This document shows positions 56,960 to 64,000 of a stretch of 64,000 nucleotides of DNA, one piece after another. The stretch spans positions 3,232,001-3,296,000 of the forward strand of contig OY970194.1 of assembly GCA_963708075.1 (NCBI GenBank), read 5' to 3'. Below the pieces are notes generated by a model. That model saw nothing but the letters and a program-made list of their open reading frames with translations. It was not told the origin of the DNA and ran no database searches. The stretch is from Sedimentisphaerales bacterium. GTDB taxonomy: Bacteria > Planctomycetota > Phycisphaerae > Sedimentisphaerales > Anaerobacaceae. Positions within the stretch are counted from its first letter, which is position 1. Every line of letters starts with the position of its first letter. The position numbers were made by a program, and so were the translations under genes.

Positions 56960-58648
56960 CTACCGGATCAGACTGGTCAGCTCACGAAGAATATCCGTCG
57001 CCACCCGAATCGTTCGGGCATTGGCCTGGAAGCCGTTCTGGGCCTGAATCATGTTGACGAACTCCGTCGCCACGTCGGCGTTGGATTTCTCCAGGGCCCC
57101 GCCGTGGATGGAGCCGGCGCCGCTGCGCATGGCTTGGGTGGCCACGGCCCCGCCGGAGTTCGGCGACGGGGCATAGTACCCGCCGCCCACCCCCTGCAGA
57201 CCGGCGGGGTTGTTGAACAGGCCCACCTGCAGAGCCGCGATGTCCTTCTTGATGCCGTTGGAGAAGGCCCCAATGAGCACGCCCTCGCCATCGACGGACA
57301 CTCCGGAGAGGTTGCCGGCTTCATACCCGTCCTGCTCGCGCGCCACCGCCGTGGAGTTGCCGGCGAACTGCGTCAGCCCGTCGAACGAGCCTGCGCTCCC
57401 AAGGTTCATCGCAACGGTTTGTGCATGCGCCATATCATGCTCGAACGTAATGACGAACTCAGCGGCTTCCGTATCAGGAATACCGGCAAAGGCGCCCGTT
57501 TGGGCGTTGAACGCCAGACTGTCGATACGACGGTCCTCGGGGAGTATCTGGCCGACGTTGCCGGTGACAGAGGTCAGAACCATGTCCCACGTATTGACCG
57601 CATCGGTCCGCACGAGAGCTGCCGAGAGCACGTGCTTGCCGCCCTGAGAATCGTAAATTGCGATGTTGACGTTCTTGACTTCGTCTCCGCCGACCGTGGT
57701 GAGCTCGAAGTACGGCGACATGGTCAACGTGCCGTCACCACCATAGGAGAGGGCAATATCGGACTTGCTGTACCCGGTCTGGTCGTCCGTAATACGGATT
57801 CGCCCGCCGGCCAATGAAGCCGTCGCGCCGCTGAGCACGTTGGTATTCAGATGAGTGATCAAGTCCCCCAGCGTCGTGGTTGGGGCCACGGTGAAGGACA
57901 GGCCGGCGCTGAATGCGGACCCATCGGGGTTGTACCCGGAGATCGTGATCGTTCCGTCTTCCCCAACGCCCAGTTGGCCGCCCGCCGCGGACCCGCCGCT
58001 GAACTGGTCAAGCTGATCGATCTCCGTGGTGTCCACGGCCTCTCGGTCCCCGTCATACGTGTACCGCAGGTTGGAGGTCAGAACCTGGGCATTCGCCACA
58101 CCGGTCGCGTCGGAGCTGAGGTTGCCGCTGATGGAGATCTCCGAAGTGGCCTTGGCGGGAAGGGCGACGTCGTAGGGCACGCGAATGCTGCTGTCACCAA
58201 CCGCCTGGAATCCGTCCAACTCTCCGGTCAGACCGATGCGCTGGACTCGATAGCCGGCGGAGGGATCGACAAGGTAGCCTTCCGCATCGACTCCGAACGC
58301 CCCCGCGCGCGTATAGAGGTACTGCTCCCCGTCACCGACCACGAAGTAGCCCGCGCCTTCGAGGGCCATATCCAGGGGACTGCCCGTGTTTACAATACTG
58401 CCCTGCTCGGTATTGGGGGTGATGCCGGCCACGCCGACGCCGCTGCCCACCTGCTCAGGGTTCGTTCCGCCGACGCGCTCCGTCGGCTGCGAGCCCTGTT
58501 CCACCGTCTGGCTCAATAACTCCTCGAAGGTGATCCGGCTGGCCTTGAACGCGGTGGTATTGATATTCGCCAGGTTGTTCCCCGCGATGTCCAGCATCTT
58601 CTGATGAGCCTGCAACCCCGTGATTCCCGATGACAATGCATAGGTCAT
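56960..58648 (-). CDS. flgE: flagellar hook protein FlgE
   Basis: Motifs GNNLANINTTAFKASR, IYDSQGGKH and LEKSNADVATEFVNMIQAQNGFQANAR. Confidence 0.96.
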   Translation of the reverse strand: MTYALSSGITGLQAHQKMLDIAGNNLANINTTAFKASRITFEELLSQTVEQGSQPTERVGGTNPEQVGSGVGVAGITPNTEQGSIVNTGSPLDMALEGAGYFVVGDGEQYLYTRAGAFGVDAEGYLVDPSAGYRVQRIGLTGELDGFQAVGDSSIRVPYDVALPAKATSEISISGNLSSDATGVANAQVLTSNLRYTYDGDREAVDTTEIDQLDQFSGGSAAGGQLGVGEDGTITISGYNPDGSAFSAGLSFTVAPTTTLGDLITHLNTNVLSGATASLAGGRIRITDDQTGYSKSDIALSYGGDGTLTMSPYFELTTVGGDEVKNVNIAIYDSQGGKHVLSAALVRTDAVNTWDMVLTSVTGNVGQILPEDRRIDSLAFNAQTGAFAGIPDTEAAEFVITFEHDMAHAQTVAMNLGSAGSFDGLTQFAGNSTAVAREQDGYEAGNLSGVSVDGEGVLIGAFSNGIKKDIAALQVGLFNNPAGLQGVGGGYYAPSPNSGGAVATQAMRSGAGSIHGGALEKSNADVATEFVNMIQAQNGFQANARTIRVATDILRELTSLIR

Positions 58649-58687
58649 GTTTGCTGTCTCCCACTACTGAAATCGCCGACTTGCCCG

Positions 58688-59068
58688 TTACTCCCGAATC
58701 GATAGCACATCTGCCAGATCCACTTTCTGATCGTCCACGACCAGACTGATCTGACCATCCTTTCCCATGAGCACCTCGTCCACCTTCCCCGTGCGGGTCT
58801 CCACGCCGTCGTCCGTCGTGACTTTGAAGGAGACCTCTCGACCGATCAGCGAGCCGGCGTAGCCGCGCTGCACGGAGTCCAGTACCCGGCCGAAGGAGCT
58901 GTTCATATTCTCCAGTTGCTGAAGCTGTGAGAACTGCGCCAACTGGGCCGTCATATCCTTGTTGTCCAGCGGCTCCAGCGGATTCTGGTTCTGCAGTTGC
59001 GCCACCAGCAGCTTCATGTAATCCATCTGGATATCACTCGCAGATCCGGTCATGCCTGTCACATTCAT
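58688..59068 (-). CDS. flgD: hook capping protein FlgD
   Basis: Motif MKLLVAQLQNQNPLEPLDNKDMTAQLAQFSQL. Confidence 0.95.
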   Translation of the reverse strand: MNVTGMTGSASDIQMDYMKLLVAQLQNQNPLEPLDNKDMTAQLAQFSQLQQLENMNSSFGRVLDSVQRGYAGSLIGREVSFKVTTDDGVETRTGKVDEVLMGKDGQISLVVDDQKVDLADVLSIRE

Positions 59069-59162
59069 ATGTTCCGCCTCATATCATCCGTACCCGCACG
59101 CTAAACTATCTTGCATTCATCCACTTTCCAGTGAGCCCTGTTTGCACCATTCGTGCCCATTG

Positions 59163-59178
59163 AGCAAGCGGCGTGCCA
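59163..59178 (-). promoter_or_regulatory. sigma-54 promoter of the flgD operon
   Basis: Minus strand reads TGGCACGCCGCTTGCT. Confidence 0.85.
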
Positions 59179-59287
59179 GAAGCGGATACCGCGTGAATAT
59201 TAGATATCGCGAGCCTCAAATGGTGGTTCACGAGTCTGATCGCACGTGTCACGACACCGGGCGACGCCGTTGGCGATTCCTCCGGGC

Positions 59288-59325
59288 AGGAGAAATCTTC
59301 CGAACGCGTGCGGAAGAATCTGCCG
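59288..59325. promoter_or_regulatory. candidate enhancer (UAS) pair for the flgD promoter
   Basis: AGGAGAAATCTTCCG and CGGAAGAATCTGCCG lie about 110-147 bp from the sigma-54 site, similar to the fliK pair. Confidence 0.5.
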
Positions 59326-59522
59326 CCACGGTGGAGCCGGTCGTCCACCGGAGCCCGATCTTGCCGGGGAAGTCGGGCGACGCATGCGAGTCCCATAAGA
59401 AACGGAGTTGAATTCCTGCCCGTGCGCGAGGCGCGCGACATGCACCAGGCCGGCCCTGCGAGCCACTCTCTCGTGCAGGAAAACTCGCGTGATTTACGGC
59501 GGACCGACCGTCCAATAAAGAT

Positions 59523-59551
59523 TAAAGTTGCGCGAAACCTCCGGCCGATGT
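59523..59551 (+). promoter_or_regulatory. sigma-28-like promoter of the sigma-54 activator gene
   Basis: TAAAG-N16-GCCGATGT, 65 bp upstream of the ATG. Confidence 0.6.
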
Positions 59552-59616
59552 GCGGGTATCCATACCGAAGCGATGGTTGGATGGTGATGGTTCATGGATG
59601 ACAGGGTCGGGAGAAT

Positions 59617-61059
<1,443 letters not shown>

Positions 61060-61205
61060 CCACTGCAGGCGCCAGCCGTCGCCCTGTAGAGGCGAAAAAT
61101 CTTCCGTCTCGACTCTCCCCCGTCCCATTCACATTTCTCCAGGTCTTGACCACCTTTGCACATCCTCTGCGGCATTCAGGCTACGCCCTGCCCACGAGCG
61201 ATGCT

Positions 61206-61242
61206 TGTCAGAAAATCTGCCGGTCCGTATAGAATCCTGACA
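61206..61242 (+). promoter_or_regulatory. candidate enhancer (UAS) for the TPR gene promoter
   Basis: TGTCAGAAAATCTGCCGGTCCGTATAGAATCCTGACA, with the same length and ends as 17081-17117. Confidence 0.65.
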
Positions 61243-61361
61243 TGGCCCACAACCTCGCATCGTCGCCGTCATCGGGAAAACGAGAATAATGAACGACCCC
61301 ACACGCGGCAAACTGGACAACGATGCGAGTCCTATCGTCTTAAGCGGCGCTTCGGCGAATC

Positions 61362-61377
61362 TGGCACGGGTGTTGCT
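61362..61377 (+). promoter_or_regulatory. sigma-54 promoter
   Basis: TGGCACGGGTGTTGCT. Confidence 0.85.
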
Positions 61378-61460
61378 GTTATCAGGAAAGGTCTGCGGCC
61401 GCACTACGGGAATACCGTGCCCTATCGCGGGCCGCAGGACTCGGACCAGGATACGAGGTT

Positions 61461-64000
61461 GTGGCAATCAGAAAAGAGAGACCCAATCGGCAGAAGAAGA
61501 CACAGGCACAGCCGCCGCTGGCGGAGGGACTGCCCGCCACAACACCCGACGCCGAGCCTCAGCATGACGACATTTTCGATCCACTGCTTAACTTCGTGTC
61601 CGACCCCGACGGGGGCATCGCCGCTGAGGAACCGTCTGTGGTCCCGTTGCCAAGCGGGTCGTCGTTCTCGCACAGGCCCCTGCTGAGTCTGCAGGGGATA
61701 CTGCTGGTGGGAATCATTTGTCTCGTGGGGATCCTTATCCACACGGTGCTTGAGAAGATCAAAGCGCGGCCGGTTGTCCCGCCGGCGCCCGTGTCGGCCG
61801 CGCGTCCCACACCCCAGCCACGTTCTGGCGATGTCCCCACGCAAAACCTGCCGGCAGAGGAGAAAGAGCCCTCTGCCTATGAGAGTCCTGAGCCGACGGT
61901 GACCCAAGCCGAGCCACTGTCGCTCCAGGTGGCTCAGAAGTACTACATCGACGGGGACTACGACAACGCGTTCACAGCATACGACAAACTCTACCGGTTT
62001 TTGGCCGCCACGGAGCAAAATCAGCCGGTGAAGGATTTCCTGCTGTTGAGGATGGCCTTGTGCAGCAGAACCGGCGGCAACGTGCAACAGGCCGACGCGA
62101 TGTTCAGGGCGGTGGCGTTGAGCCGACTGCCGATTCTCCGGGCCATTGCACGGTACTATCAAAGCGTCGCCCTGCTGGACCGCCAACGGTACATGGAGGC
62201 GGCGGCGCGAGCCTACCAGACGATCTCCCTGATCGAGGTTGTGGATTGTGATCCGAAGTGGTCCGCCGCAGTCCAGCGTCAATGCTGCTTTCTTGCCGCC
62301 GAGGCCCTGACTCGCAACCTCCTGTCCCTGCAAGGCGCCGGCGGTGACCAGGCCACGGAGCTGTGGGGCGGATATCCGCAGATCGATCCATTCGTCAATC
62401 TCGACGAGGCGCAACTGAAGACCTTCCTCAATTCCGGACGCGAGACGCTGGACCAGGCGTTGCTCGGCCCACAGATTCGCCCCGCACGGGGCGAGGGTGC
62501 TACGCCACGATGGTCCGTGACCTGCGACGGCGCCTCCCTGGAGGAGCTACTCGCGCGCTTCGTCGCCGGCGCACGGGTCAACGTCCGCTGGCTGGACGGC
62601 GGCCGGGTCCCGGATGGGGAAGCCGGAAGAAAACGGCCCGTCTACCTTCACCTCGCTCGGGCAACGGCTCAACAGGTCGTCACCACGGCAGCCGGGAGCG
62701 CCGGTTTGCTGGCCCGCGTGGACGAGGCGGGCAATGTGACCATCCTCGACCCGTCTTCCTATTCTTCAATGGCTGAGTATACGAAGTTGCTCGCAGAGGA
62801 ATCCATATCGCTCTGGCAACGATTTCTGCTCGGGACCGAAGAAGATCAACGAGTTCCGAACGGGCATTTCGCGTTGGCCCTGGTCCACGCCGCCAGGGAC
62901 AGGCCGGATGAGGCCGTCGCCGAGTACAAGCTGGTGGCGAGCCGCTACTCTCGGCACGCGTTGGCCCCGCAGGCGCTGCTGCGTTCCGGCCGGCTCAAGG
63001 TCAGACTGCGAGACTACATGGGCGCGCACCAGGATTTCAAGCAGCTCATCTCGCTCTATCCCGACGCTGAACCCTCAGAACAGGCCTGCCTGGATCTGGC
63101 CGATGTGACCACGAAAGCCGGGCTGTACGACGAAGCGGCCGGCTTGTACCGCAAGGTCTTCAATCTTGGCCTGTCCCCCGAATCGCAGGTCCAGGCGTCG
63201 CTGGGAGCAGGCCGGTGCTCCTATGAGGTGCAGGACTTTGAGGCTGCCGCAGAGTGGCTCAATCGGTTCATCTCCCTCGCCCGCGACCAGAAGCTCCCGG
63301 AGTTCCACAGCGCCTGCCTGCTGCTGGGCAAAGCATATCTGGCCCTGAACAACCCGCAGCAGGCCCAGGCGGCGCTGAACCTGGCGCTGCAGGGCGAGCT
63401 CTCCGGACAACAACTCGCGGAAACCTGCTCCACGCTGGCGAGGTGCTATACCGAGCAGGGGCTGTTCATCGAGGCACTCAATCTGCTCGAGGGCACGCAG
63501 GCGTGGCAATTGTCACAACAAGAGACGGTCGAGCTGCTGCTGCTTCGCGCGCGAGCGCTGCGTTCCATCGGCCTCGTGGAGAAGGCGATTGCCGCACTGA
63601 TGGAGAAGAGCTCGCTCCTGCCAAGCCCTGAGTTGAAAGGGTCGGTGGCGATGGAGCTGGCGGAATGTCACGCCGCCAAAGGCGACCTTGCACAGGGGGT
63701 CAAGGTGCTGGGCGAGGCATTCGCCCTCGTCCAGCCGGGCGATCTGGCCCAGCGGATCGGCGGCAGGCTGGCCGAGCTTTGCCTGGAGGCGGACCAGCCC
63801 GAGCAGGCGATATCCGTCTGTTCTCAGCTTCTGAACTCCGCCTCTGGCGAACAGGCGGAACCCCTGTTGAGACTGCAGGCTGAAGCCTACCGGCGGCAGA
63901 GAGAGTATGGTCGAGCGGTCGCCGTCCTATTGAGTCGGCACAACAACGGGACCGCCGCGAAACCAGGGCAGGCCGGCGTCAAGACAGAGACACAGAAGCA
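61461..64000 (+). CDS. large membrane-anchored TPR protein (3' end runs off the window)
   Basis: Not in the ORF track. Manual translation from GTG 61461 (GAGG RBS) gives a TM (LQGILLVGIICLVGILI) and TPR-like helices (AQKYYIDGDYDNAFTAYDKL; AGLYDEAAGLYRKV). I spot-checked the frame rather than every codon. Confidence 0.8.
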   Translation, partial: MAIRKERPNRQKKTQAQPPLAEGLPATTPDAEPQHDDIFDPLLNFVSDPDGGIAAEEPSVVPLPSGSSFSHRPLLSLQGILLVGIICLVGILIHTVLEKIKARPVVPPAPVSAARPTPQPRSGDVPTQNLPAEEKEPSAYESPEPTVTQAEPLSLQVAQKYYIDGDYDNAFTAYDKLYRFLAATEQNQPVKDFLLLRMALCSRTGGNVQQADAMFRAVALSRLPILRAIARYYQSVALLDRQRYMEAAARAYQTISLIEVVDCDPKWSAAVQRQCCFLAAEALTRNLLSLQGAGGDQATELWGGYPQIDPFVNLDEAQLKTFLNSGRETLDQALLGPQIRPARGEGATPRWSVTCDGASLEELLARFVAGARVNVRWLDGGRVPDGEAGRKRPVYLHLARATAQQVVTTAAGSAGLLARVDEAGNVTILDPSSYSSMAEYTKLLAEESISLWQRFLLGTEEDQRVPNGHFALALVHAARDRPDEAVAEYKLVASRYSRHALAPQALLRSGRLKVRLRDYMGAHQDFKQLISLYPDAEPSEQACLDLADVTTKAGLYDEAAGLYRKVFNLGLSPESQVQASLGAGRCSYEVQDFEAAAEWLNRFISLARDQKLPEFHSACLLLGKAYLALNNPQQAQAALNLALQGELSGQQLAETCSTLARCYTEQGLFIEALNLLEGTQAWQLSQQETVELLLLRARALRSIGLVEKAIAALMEKSSLLPSPELKGSVAMELAECHAAKGDLAQGVKVLGEAFALVQPGDLAQRIGGRLAELCLEADQPEQAISVCSQLLNSASGEQAEPLLRLQAEAYRRQREYGRAVAVLLSRHNNGTAAKPGQAGVKTETQK

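Noticed and set aside
59571..59602. GATGGT-rich stretch before the bEBP as another heptamer element (also 12465-12484)
   Set aside because: The period is irregular and there is no complementary arm, so it is too weak to include.

Overview
GC-rich bacterial window with three parts. (1) Bases 1-11966 hold the end of a Wzx/Wzy-type surface polysaccharide cluster: two GT4 glycosyltransferases, wzy, wzx, a methyltransferase, a Wzz-like protein, a Wza/SLBB exporter and wzi. (2) Bases 12083-59068 hold a large flagellar cluster: fliS, fliC, fliK, flgBC-fliEFGHIJ-motE-like-motA-motB-motB', fliOPQR-flhB, fliD, flgL/K/N/J/I/H/A/G/F/E/D. A ~12.6 kb glycan-modification island sits between flgL and fliD. 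Its centrepiece is a ~2300-aa fusion of a B12-type radical SAM domain with five glycosyltransferase-like domains and TPRs. (3) Bases 59617-64000 hold a sigma-54 activator and a large membrane TPR protein that runs off the end. Five near-consensus sigma-54 promoters, shared enhancer boxes and six sigma-28-like promoters can be read directly from the DNA. The most striking unexplained structure is a family of period-7 inverted-repeat elements. They fill many gene junctions, each locus uses its own co-varying heptamer, and they also invade three coding regions. Other oddities are tandem MotB paralogs with degenerate peptidoglycan-binding motifs, a domain shared by FlgE and FliD, an orphan gene with frame-independent repeats at the usual flhA position, and three single-site frameshifts (flgK, flgN, flgG) that are probably assembly errors. 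Taxonomy cannot be established from this window; a planctomycete-like origin is only a guess.
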